A stretch of DNA of 64,000 nucleotides from NCBI GenBank assembly GCA_965222715.1, contig OZ244961.1, forward strand, positions 76,609 through 140,608. The letters run 5' to 3'. The notes under the pieces are model-generated. The model ran no database searches. It was given only the letters and a program-made list of their open reading frames with translations, and had not been told where the DNA came from. Positions 8,319 through 17,354 of this stretch are shown here, piece after piece. The first letter of the stretch is position 1, and the number at the start of each line of letters is the position of its first letter. The DNA comes from Minisyncoccota bacterium. Its GTDB lineage: Bacteria; Patescibacteriota; Minisyncoccia; Phycocordibacterales; JABMNX01. A program made the position numbers and the translations under genes.

Positions 8319-8820
8319 AATATTTGGCTCTGCGTTGATTGATTGTGTTACCACAAAATATCTTGATCCGACTCAGGAATTTTTATTTAGAGATGATTCG
8401 TTGATTTGGTTTCTTTGTAAAAATAGAGATATATATAAAGTTCAAACTCAAATATTGAAAGATTTTAAGCATGCCTTTAGGGTTGCCTGGATTTATCCTT
8501 TTGAACTAGAGGGCAATAAACCAAGTAATGATTTTTATTTTTTGTTTGCTGCGTACAAGAACAACGTTTATTTTTTTGACAAAGATCCTATCAGGGAGAA
8601 ACATATTTGGGAAAAAGTCGAGTGGGGGAAAAGAAAGAAAAACTATAACCCTAAAGGGAAAGATCCTGGGACGGTATGGATAGAAATAGAAGACGACGGT
8701 AATGGAAAAGTAATTTCTTATTCACCATATTCCAAAATAGATTTATTGGAGAGGTTGAAGATTTCTTCTCTAAAAAATAAAAAAGAGGATTTTTTAGTGC
8801 TAAGTAAGATCTCTTTTTAA
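8296..8820 (+). CDS. Degenerate methyltransferase-like paralog lacking catalytic motifs
   Basis: Collinear with the C-terminal two-thirds of the upstream MTase (KDPGTVW vs NPTDVW; YSPYSKIDLLERLKISS vs THPCQFPEKLIERIIKVSS). The motif IV position reads TTKYLD, not SPPY, and the ORF stops where motif I would begin. Confidence 0.45.
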   Translation: MKNMQKSKIFGSALIDCVTTKYLDPTQEFLFRDDSLIWFLCKNRDIYKVQTQILKDFKHAFRVAWIYPFELEGNKPSNDFYFLFAAYKNNVYFFDKDPIREKHIWEKVEWGKRKKNYNPKGKDPGTVWIEIEDDGNGKVISYSPYSKIDLLERLKISSLKNKKEDFLVLSKISF

Positions 8821-8829
8821 TATTTCCTT

Positions 8830-9573
8830 ATGCATAGAATCTATAACAAAAGTTCAAAAAAGATGAGTGGGATCAATAAAGGATCTATCGATTTCATATT
8901 CACCTCTCCTCCATATTGGGATTTAAAGGATTATTTAAATTCAGAGCAGATAGGGTATAAGCAAAGTTATACTGATTATCTTTCAGATATGCTAACAGTT
9001 TGGACAGAGTGCTTCCGTGTTTTAAAGCAAGATGGGGTAATTTGTATAAACATTAATGATCGGTTTGTGAAAGGTAAATATTATCCAATTCACTTGGATT
9101 TTTATAATCAATTAAAGTCTATTGGGTTTAAGTTTTTTGATATGTATATATGGCACAAGGCGAGTGGCGTTCCCGCTGGTAAAAACAAACTGACCGATCG
9201 TTTGGAATATATAATTGTCGCTTCTGGTAAAAAAATAAAATATAAAGATTTTAAAAAAATAGATCGATACAAAAATGACAACCTTATAAGTAGTAAATCT
9301 TGGCATGTGGTTAAAAAGGCAGGGTCAATTATTAGTTCACATCCACACCCTGCATTTTTTCCTTCGGAATTAGTTGAACTTGGGATCTTACAGTTCACTA
9401 AACCAAATGAAACAGTTCTAGATCCCTTTCTTGGAGTAGGAAATACTCTAATAGCATCTGAAAAATTGGGTAGGAAGTCAGTTGGTTTTGAAATAAATAA
9501 CCAATATATAAAAACAACCTTGTCGGTTGTTGATGATGCCACAAAAAAGAAAATCTCTGTTATTAAGAGCTAG
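8830..9573 (+). CDS. Second DNA methyltransferase, beta-class N4/N6 type
   Basis: Motif IV IDFIFTSPPYW, motif I FLGVGNT near the C-terminus, HPHPAFFPSELVE motif in between. Confidence 0.8.
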   Translation: MHRIYNKSSKKMSGINKGSIDFIFTSPPYWDLKDYLNSEQIGYKQSYTDYLSDMLTVWTECFRVLKQDGVICININDRFVKGKYYPIHLDFYNQLKSIGFKFFDMYIWHKASGVPAGKNKLTDRLEYIIVASGKKIKYKDFKKIDRYKNDNLISSKSWHVVKKAGSIISSHPHPAFFPSELVELGILQFTKPNETVLDPFLGVGNTLIASEKLGRKSVGFEINNQYIKTTLSVVDDATKKKISVIKS

Positions 9574-11567
9574 TTCATGAATTTCTCATAGAGTCGGTCA
9601 TCGATAATCTCCTCTTTTCGAAGGAATTCAATATTAATAGGCTCAAGCAGTCCTTTATCAAAAAGGGAGGTCATTCTATCAAGTAAACCTATCCCCAAGT
9701 TATTATTTTTTGATAGATCTCTGTACAAAGGAATTCTTGTCTCCCTGTCTCCGTGGGTTAATTTCCTATGACACTCCGAACATATCCCCACCAGGTTTAG
9801 ATGGTGGTCAGGCCCATTATCTGTGGAGAAAGGAATAATATGATGAAATTCCAAATAGGGCTTATTGTTTTTGTTTTTAAAAGTCGTCTTTGTACAAACA
9901 TCGCACGGAATTAACCCAGTAGTCTCTTGCGTGAAATTTTTCAAGTAGTAATTTCTGAGATTCTTTATTAGTTCTGAACTTCTTGAATTAGATGCATCTC
10001 TTGAGATGAGTGCTGATAATTCCTCTAGATTTTTTACACTGTAGTCTACATCTTCGACCAGCAACTCCTCAAGATCAATTATTGGTTTATAAACCTCCTC
10101 TCTCAACATATCTTGTGTATTTGTCAGTACTTCCAGCAATTCTGTGGATGAGTATCCAAGTACTTTTTTAAAGTAGGGGAATATTGATATTCCTTTTTTT
10201 AGTACAGCTTGGCTAAGTTTAAAATCGAACTGTCCCACAATAAGACAAATTCTTATATAAACAAGAGCCAAAAGTAGGCCTTTATCAAAATTAATGATGT
10301 ATTTACCCCACCCATAGGTAATTTCCAAATCCTCTTCCAAATCCTTCCCCTTTACCTTCCTTTTATAATTTTTAGATATAAAATCTTTCCAGTCCGAGTA
10401 TTCTTTTTGATAACCTTCGTCAAGGTAGTTAACTAGAGTCTTATAGTTGTCGAGTGTAAAATCAAACCTCTCTTTGTTTGATATTTTGAAAATTGACCCG
10501 TTTTCGGTAGAGATTATTGCAGAAGGGTTTGTTCCAGAGTCTTTTTGCTGGTTGGTGATACCTAGGACGAATTTCTTTAATTCTTTTCTAAAATCTTCAT
10601 CTTTAATATCAGCTATGCGACCAAATTTTTCAATGATTTCTTTTGTCTCTTCAAATCCACCCTCAGTTTCATGCACTAATGTGGTCAAGTTATCAGTGTC
10701 TCTAGTTCTCGCTAGTATAAATTTATACCAATCAAGATCTAAGATTTTTCTTAGGTCCAATGCTTTTAGGAGATTAAAATAAGGATGAGTATTTATATCA
10801 AAATTCTCTACGGAATGCCCTGGTATTTCGCTAATGTTTTTTATGATGGTAAAAGGTGACTGTGAAAGCATCTTTATCTTTTGATGCTCCCACACAATAC
10901 AGACCTCATGAAAATTACCGTAAAGTACTGATTTACCAACTGGTGTTAATCTATAGAAACCACTAAGATCTGCGCGATCACGACCGAAGAAAAATCCATA
11001 GTAAAAAAATATTTGTCTCTCATTCCGTATTGTTGCTGGGAAGTCAGATACTTGAGTCCTTATATCTATATCCGTCATCCCATCTTTCTTCATAGTATCC
11101 TTAAGAATCCCCAAGACCTCATTATGTGTTTTGTGTTCATAAAGCAGTTCTTTAATTTGTTTTTTGTAACCCGCTTGTCCCCCTATATCCATTAGGTACA
11201 TGAAGTAATATTTCTTTGCTTCATTGAGATAGAGGATTTGATCTTTTTCATTTGCAAAACCACCTCTATCTTTTACATATTCATAAAACCTCATTACTCT
11301 TTTTTTGTCCCTAATGTCTACAGAATAGAAAAAGTCTCTTGCGGCTTCTTGCACTTCTTCTGGAAGTGATTGGATAAAGGAGTCAAAGTTCTTGATTATT
11401 TCCTCGTAGACATTGTCATGCAATGGATCATTAAAGAATATAAAGTAATAATAAACAAACCATTTTTTTAGGTACCAGAGGGTCCCAGCCTGGCTTTCCT
11501 TGGAGAATTCCATCGATTTGGTAATCCAATAGTTCCCCGGCAAGAGGTTTTGATTAAAGCTTTCCAT
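9570..11567 (-). CDS. Large protein with C-terminal HNH nuclease motif; candidate restriction endonuclease of the adjacent R-M module
   Basis: C-terminus CDVCTKTTF...LEFHHIIPFSTDNGPDHHLNLVGICSECHRKLTH matches the CxxC...HH...N...CxxCH zinc-bound HNH signature. Convergent with and overlapping the second MTase gene. The N-terminal 500 aa are unassigned. Confidence 0.6.
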   Translation of the reverse strand: MESFNQNLLPGNYWITKSMEFSKESQAGTLWYLKKWFVYYYFIFFNDPLHDNVYEEIIKNFDSFIQSLPEEVQEAARDFFYSVDIRDKKRVMRFYEYVKDRGGFANEKDQILYLNEAKKYYFMYLMDIGGQAGYKKQIKELLYEHKTHNEVLGILKDTMKKDGMTDIDIRTQVSDFPATIRNERQIFFYYGFFFGRDRADLSGFYRLTPVGKSVLYGNFHEVCIVWEHQKIKMLSQSPFTIIKNISEIPGHSVENFDINTHPYFNLLKALDLRKILDLDWYKFILARTRDTDNLTTLVHETEGGFEETKEIIEKFGRIADIKDEDFRKELKKFVLGITNQQKDSGTNPSAIISTENGSIFKISNKERFDFTLDNYKTLVNYLDEGYQKEYSDWKDFISKNYKRKVKGKDLEEDLEITYGWGKYIINFDKGLLLALVYIRICLIVGQFDFKLSQAVLKKGISIFPYFKKVLGYSSTELLEVLTNTQDMLREEVYKPIIDLEELLVEDVDYSVKNLEELSALISRDASNSRSSELIKNLRNYYLKNFTQETTGLIPCDVCTKTTFKNKNNKPYLEFHHIIPFSTDNGPDHHLNLVGICSECHRKLTHGDRETRIPLYRDLSKNNNLGIGLLDRMTSLFDKGLLEPINIEFLRKEEIIDDRLYEKFMN

Positions 11568-11944
11568 TCTTGAAGATTAAGTCTTTTAACCCTCTTTTTC
11601 AAGGACTATTTTACTTATCGATATATAACCCTTATTATTTAGAAACAATTGAATAAAGACCTAACCCTCTTTTTTCGAGGTATGGTCGTAAATCGTAAGC
11701 CACAAAGAACCCATCATTAGGGCGTGGCTTACGTTATAAGGGGAAACTCTTATAGGGTCGCAAGACCTCCTAGTGGTGGGCTTTTTGTTTCCCCACTAGA
11801 TTATTAGCCAATAGCTAGATATATGGGAATAAAGAAAATATTTATAACTCTAGCAGTAGTGATTATTTGGGGGTTAATAATGTTCTATCAATTTGGTGGT
11901 TTCGGGAAATCATTTCTTGAGACTTGTAATCCTGACACAGGAGA

Positions 11945-12157
11945 ATGTCAGCCACTAAAATGATAGATACATTCAAAGATACAAATAAAAGGCAATGTTA
12001 TTGTGATAACCCATCATGTCGGAAGTGTTTAATGACGAATTGTATTCAGGATAGTTGTCAGTATCATTCTCTCGAAAAGAAGTTGAAAGCAAGAAGTGAA
12101 GTAAGCGACCCTGTATACCAAACAGAAGTAAAAAGAATTCAGAAGATTTTGGAGTAA
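11945..12157 (+). CDS. Small cysteine-rich protein (7 Cys), possible zinc-binding regulator
   Basis: MSATKMIDTFKDTNKRQCYCDNPSCRKCLMTNCIQDSCQYH...; isolated in a 1.2-kb AT-rich non-coding stretch. Weak call. Confidence 0.25.
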   Translation: MSATKMIDTFKDTNKRQCYCDNPSCRKCLMTNCIQDSCQYHSLEKKLKARSEVSDPVYQTEVKRIQKILE

Positions 12158-12765
12158 ATGTCGCTACACGCTACTGTTGCTTAGAAACTCTCTTGTATTG
12201 AAGTGGTCTATATTGAATCATTTCATTTCATAATGGTTTATTTTGGTATGTAGGCATTCGTATCTTGAGTTTTTATATCTAAAGTGGTGCAAAAGCACAC
12301 TCCTACAAAAAAGCTGGTCAGCTGTTTAAACGCTCAAAACACCAGCATACACTCCTTATAAAAGTTGTGGATAAGGATTTCATTATCTTTGAGGTTAAGG
12401 GTCTGCCTTGAGCCGCTTACACTCTCATATACAGCATAAAACCCTTTAAACGCTTTGTTTTAAAGGTACTTTATCTTTTTCTCGTAACTCGGTTAAAACG
12501 GAGTTAGAGTGTTTGTTCTCCACGAGCTTTGTTTGATACAGTAAATACAGGCACCTTAAAAATTACATAACTGCATATGTAGGTTGGCGATGACGGAGCT
12601 CTTTGAGCAAGTTAAAGGCCTTAATTACGAGCAGGGAATCATAAACGCTTTTGTTTGCGTACGGATTTTTTGTTTGTAATTGGGGCTTTTTTATTTTCAC
12701 CATTGTGGAAAAAAACTTACAAGAATTAATAGAGGATGAAGAAATTTCTCGAGTCATAGCTGAGT

Positions 12766-14562
12766 ATGTTTCAGCAATCGAGAGTATTTTTGAGCATTCT
12801 CAAAAATCATATGAACAAGAAAAGAACGAAAAAGAGTGACTGGGGAGAGGGTGCGGCAGAGACAGATATATCTAGACCTCCACGAAAACTTCCATCAAAA
12901 AATAAAGACTTACTAAAATGGGCTAAAATGTACCACTCAAAAGGTCTGTCTATTATTCCTGTCCGTAGCGACAAGAAACCAACCATTACATCATGGAAGG
13001 AGTATCAGGAAAGGAAACCTACCGAGGAAGAAATACAGAAATGGTTTTCTGACTCTACTGTTACAGGCATTGCTGTCATCACAGGAAAAATCTCAGGAGT
13101 TGTGGTTATTGATTGTGAAAAAGACTTCGACTACTCGTTGGTCGATTTTCCTGAGACGGTTGTCTCTCGTACTGGAGGAGGGGGAAAACACTTCTTTTTC
13201 CGTTATCCAAAAAATATAAAAGTTGGAAACAAAACTCGCTTTTTGCCGAATGCTGATGTTCGTGGCGATGGAGGGTATGTACTCGTTCCTCCATCTTTGC
13301 ACTATTCGGGAGGAAGTTATGAGTGGGAGAAGGAATTTGATAGAGAAAATCTTACAGACTTGCCTGAGTGGTTTCTAAAGGAATCATCTCAGCCCAACAT
13401 CAAACCTCGTGTTGTTAGTGTTGCAGAAGGTCAGCGTAACCGAACGGCAACAGAAATCATCGGTAAGTTGGTTGCTCACCTTCCTGAAAGTGATTGGGAT
13501 TCGGTGGCACTTCCATTGCTGGAGGCATGGAACGAGACAAATATTCCACCAATGGGTATTGATGAGTTACAAAGGGTCTACACCTCAATTACCGAACGAG
13601 AGCAACGAAAACACACTTCTTCGTTCAAACCAATTTCTTTCCGTGAATTACAATCCCTGTCGTCTCAAAAAACAGATTGGTTGGTAGAAGACCTGTTTCC
13701 AAGCGGGAGTGTGAACATTCTCTCTGGTTACCCTGCAAGTTACAAAACATGGCTTTTGCTCCATATCGCTCTTTGTGTTTCCAAAGGTGTTCCTGTATTC
13801 GGCAAGTTTCAAGTGAAGCAAGGTAAAGTGCTTGTTGTTGATGAGGAGAACATACATAAACTCCTTTGCGAAAGATTAAGCAAGCTCGGTGTGTCTGAGG
13901 ATTCAGATATGAAACTTTCCGTATATGCAGGATTGAAACTTGATTCAAAGCACACTATAGAAGCACTCCGTGCCTATATACAGAAAGAGAAAATCTCTCT
14001 CGTGACCATAGATAGTTTGGTTCGTATTCACGACAAAGAAGAAAATGATGCAAAACAAATCTCTGACCTCTTCGCCTCTCTACGAAAACTTTCTGACACA
14101 GGGGTTACGGTCATCATTACACACCACAACAGAAAACCATCCGTGGGTAAATCTTCCATTAGTCACGACCTACGAGGGTCTTCGGACATTCTTGCTTCTG
14201 CAGACGGTCATATTGCTGTATCACGAAAAGAAAAAGAGAGAATCGTAAAGGTCTCCCAAAATAAAATGAGGTTTAAGGAAGAGACAGATCCTTTTGAGGT
14301 TGAGTTGGTCGAGAAAAATGGAATCGTTATACCAACCTACATTGGCGTCACTAGCTCATCAAGACCCAAGAGGGATGTTGCACGAGAAAGGGTTGTGGAA
14401 TTGGTGTCGTCAGGCACTGATACTAGAAAGGCTATCGTTGAAGCATTGAGTGGAGAGTGTGGTGTAGCAACGATTGATATCGTACTGAAAGAACTCGTGA
14501 ATAAAGGTCTGCTGTCGGTTTCCACAGAGGCAAACAACCTCAAGAGGTACAGCGTTCTGTAG
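12766..14562 (+). CDS. Replication protein: Prim-Pol primase-polymerase N-terminal domain + PriCT-like + RepA/AAA_25-like P-loop ATPase
   Basis: Prim-Pol signatures (GLSIIPVRSDKKP, GIAVITGKISGVVVIDCEKD, GGGKHFFFRYP, VRGDGGYVLVPPS). Walker A-like SGYPASYKTW and Walker B VLVVDEE in the C-terminal half. Confidence 0.7.
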   Translation: MFQQSRVFLSILKNHMNKKRTKKSDWGEGAAETDISRPPRKLPSKNKDLLKWAKMYHSKGLSIIPVRSDKKPTITSWKEYQERKPTEEEIQKWFSDSTVTGIAVITGKISGVVVIDCEKDFDYSLVDFPETVVSRTGGGGKHFFFRYPKNIKVGNKTRFLPNADVRGDGGYVLVPPSLHYSGGSYEWEKEFDRENLTDLPEWFLKESSQPNIKPRVVSVAEGQRNRTATEIIGKLVAHLPESDWDSVALPLLEAWNETNIPPMGIDELQRVYTSITEREQRKHTSSFKPISFRELQSLSSQKTDWLVEDLFPSGSVNILSGYPASYKTWLLLHIALCVSKGVPVFGKFQVKQGKVLVVDEENIHKLLCERLSKLGVSEDSDMKLSVYAGLKLDSKHTIEALRAYIQKEKISLVTIDSLVRIHDKEENDAKQISDLFASLRKLSDTGVTVIITHHNRKPSVGKSSISHDLRGSSDILASADGHIAVSRKEKERIVKVSQNKMRFKEETDPFEVELVEKNGIVIPTYIGVTSSSRPKRDVARERVVELVSSGTDTRKAIVEALSGECGVATIDIVLKELVNKGLLSVSTEANNLKRYSVL

Positions 14563-14710
14563 TTTTTTGGTTTTTACCACTATATATATGAAAAAAACCA
14601 TTAAACCAAAGCATTTTTTCACCCCTCCTTAGATTTTGGAGGAATGTCTCCTAGGATAAATATAGGCCATTTTGGTCCACTTTAGTTCATTACAAGATTA
14701 ATAAAATCCT

Positions 14711-15460
14711 ATGAAGACAAAATGTATCGCTTATTGTCGGACCTCCACCGATAACCAAAAGGAGGAAAAAACTATTGAATTACAGGTTGAAAAACTAACG
14801 GAGTATGCAGAGCAGAACAATATTGAGATAGTCCGTTGGTTTAAGGATGACGGAGTAAGTGGTGGTCTTGAAGAACGACCTGCCCTTATGAGTCTCATGA
14901 AATTCCTTGAAACAAATATGGATGTAGAGGCAGTCCTAATCTACAAACTAGACCGACTTGCTCGAGACCTCTACATACAAGAAGGTCTTATACAGGAATT
15001 CACTAAGCTTAAACGAAGAGTCATATCTTCTATGGAATCTAACCTAGAGGGCAATGACCCATTTCGTAAAGCTTTTAGACAAATGCTCGGTATATTTTCT
15101 GAATTTGAGAAATCAATGATTACACTTCGGATGAAAAACGGCAGAGCCAGTTCGGTAGCAAAAGGTAATTGGCACGGAGGAAGCATCTACGGATACGATC
15201 ACGGAAAGAACGGAGAACTTATCATTAATAAAGCAGAATCGGAGGTCATCAAAAGGATTTGGCATCTAAAACGGTACAAACAGATGAATGCTTCTCAAAT
15301 CTCAAAAATCCTTAACGAAGAAAAAGTTCCAACAAAACGGAAAGATACAAAATGGTACCCACTTACCGTAAGGAAGATACTCAGAAATCCTATTTACCGA
15401 GGAGTCATTAGGTACAAAGGAAAAACTTATGAAGGAAATCACGAACCAATCCTCAAATAA
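14711..15460 (+). CDS. Serine recombinase, truncated large-serine-recombinase type (lacks zinc-ribbon and coiled-coil)
   Basis: N-terminal resolvase motif CIAYCRTSTDNQ (catalytic Ser). Recombinase-domain segment GGSIYGYDHG...YRGVIRYKGKTYEGNHEPIL ends where the zinc-ribbon region would begin. Confidence 0.75.
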   Translation: MKTKCIAYCRTSTDNQKEEKTIELQVEKLTEYAEQNNIEIVRWFKDDGVSGGLEERPALMSLMKFLETNMDVEAVLIYKLDRLARDLYIQEGLIQEFTKLKRRVISSMESNLEGNDPFRKAFRQMLGIFSEFEKSMITLRMKNGRASSVAKGNWHGGSIYGYDHGKNGELIINKAESEVIKRIWHLKRYKQMNASQISKILNEEKVPTKRKDTKWYPLTVRKILRNPIYRGVIRYKGKTYEGNHEPILK

Positions 15461-16895
15461 TGAATTTCTAGCTTATGTTCGGGTAAGCTCGAGAGATCAA
15501 TCACGAGGGACATCTATTAAAGAACAGAAAGCTCACATCCAAAGGTATGTACACCAGAAAGGTTTTCGGGTTGTTAAGTATTACGAGGAGGTAGAATCTG
15601 CATCTAAAGCTGGAAGAGGTACTTTTGACACAATGATGAAAGACTTACGAGAAAATAAACATCAGGGGATTATATTTCACAAAGTTGATAGAAGCGCTAG
15701 AAACCCAAAAGACCAAGCTTTGCTTTATGAGCTTATGCAAGAGGGCTTTGAGTTACATTTCGTTGCGGAGAATCTATCAACTATTGATCCAATGGCGAGG
15801 AATATGATGTATATGCTCTGGGGTATGGCTTCTGGGTATAGTGAAAATCTAAAAGCAGAAATTAATAAAGGTCAGTTGGGTAGGTTAAAGCAGGGTCGCA
15901 ATCCTGCATATATTCCACTTGGGTACAAAAGAGCAGAAGAATGTAGAGCCGTTATTGATACAGACAAAGCACCCTTAATAAAAACTCTCTACGAGGATTA
16001 TGCTACTGGTCGTTACACAATGAAAACGATCGGAAAGAGGGCAAATAAAATCGGCTTAACCAATCGTCATGGTAATAAGGTTGATAAAAACGGAATAGAC
16101 AGAATACTCAGCAACACTTTTTACTACGGCCTCATCACTCATAAGAAAGGTATCTTCCCAGGTGAACATGAGCCACTTATATCAAAATCTCTTTATGACC
16201 GTGTTCAGTACATCAGAGAATTGAGGGGTTTTAAAAGAGAGGTGTCTCACAACTATATTTTTCAGGGGATGATGAAATGCCCCTGTTGTCATCAGCCGTT
16301 AAAATTAATGACATCAAAGAGAATATTCATCTACTACTATTGCAGAGAGAAAAGCTGTGACTTTAAAACTCTGCGAGAGGAATACGTCAGTCTCCTTATG
16401 CTACAGGAGTTAAGAAAGATAGAATTTAAGAATGAGGAACTCGAAGCGTTCAGGAAAGCACTAAACGCCTTTAAAAAAGTTGCAGAAAAATCCAGAGAAG
16501 AACAATCTCGTGTTATAGACCTTGAGCTAAAGAAGTTACGCTCTCGTCTCGATGACCTACTAAATAAATTTGTCGATGAAAAGATTGATGATGAAACCTA
16601 CAATCGAGCCCGAAAAGAGTTGCTTGATAGAGAGGTTATTCTTAAAGAAAGGAGAAGGGCTCTCGAGGATGGAGACAATAAAAAATTTGACCAAATTGAG
16701 AAACTCGGAAAACTACTTAAAAGTCCTTCCGTTGCTTACGAAAATGCTGATTCTATTGATAAAAGGAGGTTACTCAAAGTAATGGTGGAAAACCTTCACT
16801 TCGAGGGAGAAAAGCTTGTAATTAAATGGAAAAAGCCGTTTGACATGATAGCCAAACGACCTATTTCCGAAACTAGTGGAGATGGCGGGGATTGA
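15429..16895 (+). CDS. Large serine recombinase (resolvase + recombinase + zinc beta-ribbon + coiled-coil)
   Basis: AYVRVSSRDQ catalytic motif, recombinase domain, CPCCHQP...YYYCREKSCD zinc ribbon, long C-terminal coiled coil. The last ~6 codons overlap the tmRNA 3' end. Confidence 0.8.
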   Translation: MKEITNQSSNNEFLAYVRVSSRDQSRGTSIKEQKAHIQRYVHQKGFRVVKYYEEVESASKAGRGTFDTMMKDLRENKHQGIIFHKVDRSARNPKDQALLYELMQEGFELHFVAENLSTIDPMARNMMYMLWGMASGYSENLKAEINKGQLGRLKQGRNPAYIPLGYKRAEECRAVIDTDKAPLIKTLYEDYATGRYTMKTIGKRANKIGLTNRHGNKVDKNGIDRILSNTFYYGLITHKKGIFPGEHEPLISKSLYDRVQYIRELRGFKREVSHNYIFQGMMKCPCCHQPLKLMTSKRIFIYYYCREKSCDFKTLREEYVSLLMLQELRKIEFKNEELEAFRKALNAFKKVAEKSREEQSRVIDLELKKLRSRLDDLLNKFVDEKIDDETYNRARKELLDREVILKERRRALEDGDNKKFDQIEKLGKLLKSPSVAYENADSIDKRRLLKVMVENLHFEGEKLVIKWKKPFDMIAKRPISETSGDGGD

Positions 16896-17289
16896 ACCCG
16901 CGTCCATTGTTGGGTACATAGATGAGTCTACAGAGGGCTAGTTTATTTTAATCTGCCAATAGGCAGAGGTTAAACAGAGTGCGTAAAAAATAAACAAAAT
17001 CACACTATGCCGAGTTCCGTAGTTTAAAGATAGGTATTGGAACGGGTACCTACTCGAGATTAGTGGGTATAACACCACAGCGTTCATACTAATCAACTAA
17101 CCGTGTGGCGATCGCACCGCGAGCTTATGCTCGAGCGTATGCGAATTGGAAGTCACTCATCTTGAAAGGTGAGAGATTTCCGAGTGTAGATTTCTTTGCA
17201 TCTACAAGTTCTCAGTTTTTATAGCAGTACTGAGGCTACTCCCTTGCACATGTATATACGAATCAACAGTGTCGAAGCCAATCATCCCC
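16877..17289 (-). ncRNA. ssrA: tmRNA (transfer-messenger RNA)
   Basis: Minus-strand 5' GGGGATGATTGGCTTCGAC... and 3' ...GGACGCGGGTTCAATCCCCGCCATCTCCA (tRNA-Ala-like acceptor with G3-U70, T-arm GGTTCAATCC). Internal tag ORF ...AKKSTLGNLSPFKMSDFQFAYARA* follows an in-frame TGA. smpB lies directly adjacent. Confidence 0.75.
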
Positions 17290-17354
17290 CACCTTCAATC
17301 TCGTCGAAACCAGATTGAAGGTGGGGAAGGACTCGCCAGTTTTTTATTACTACA

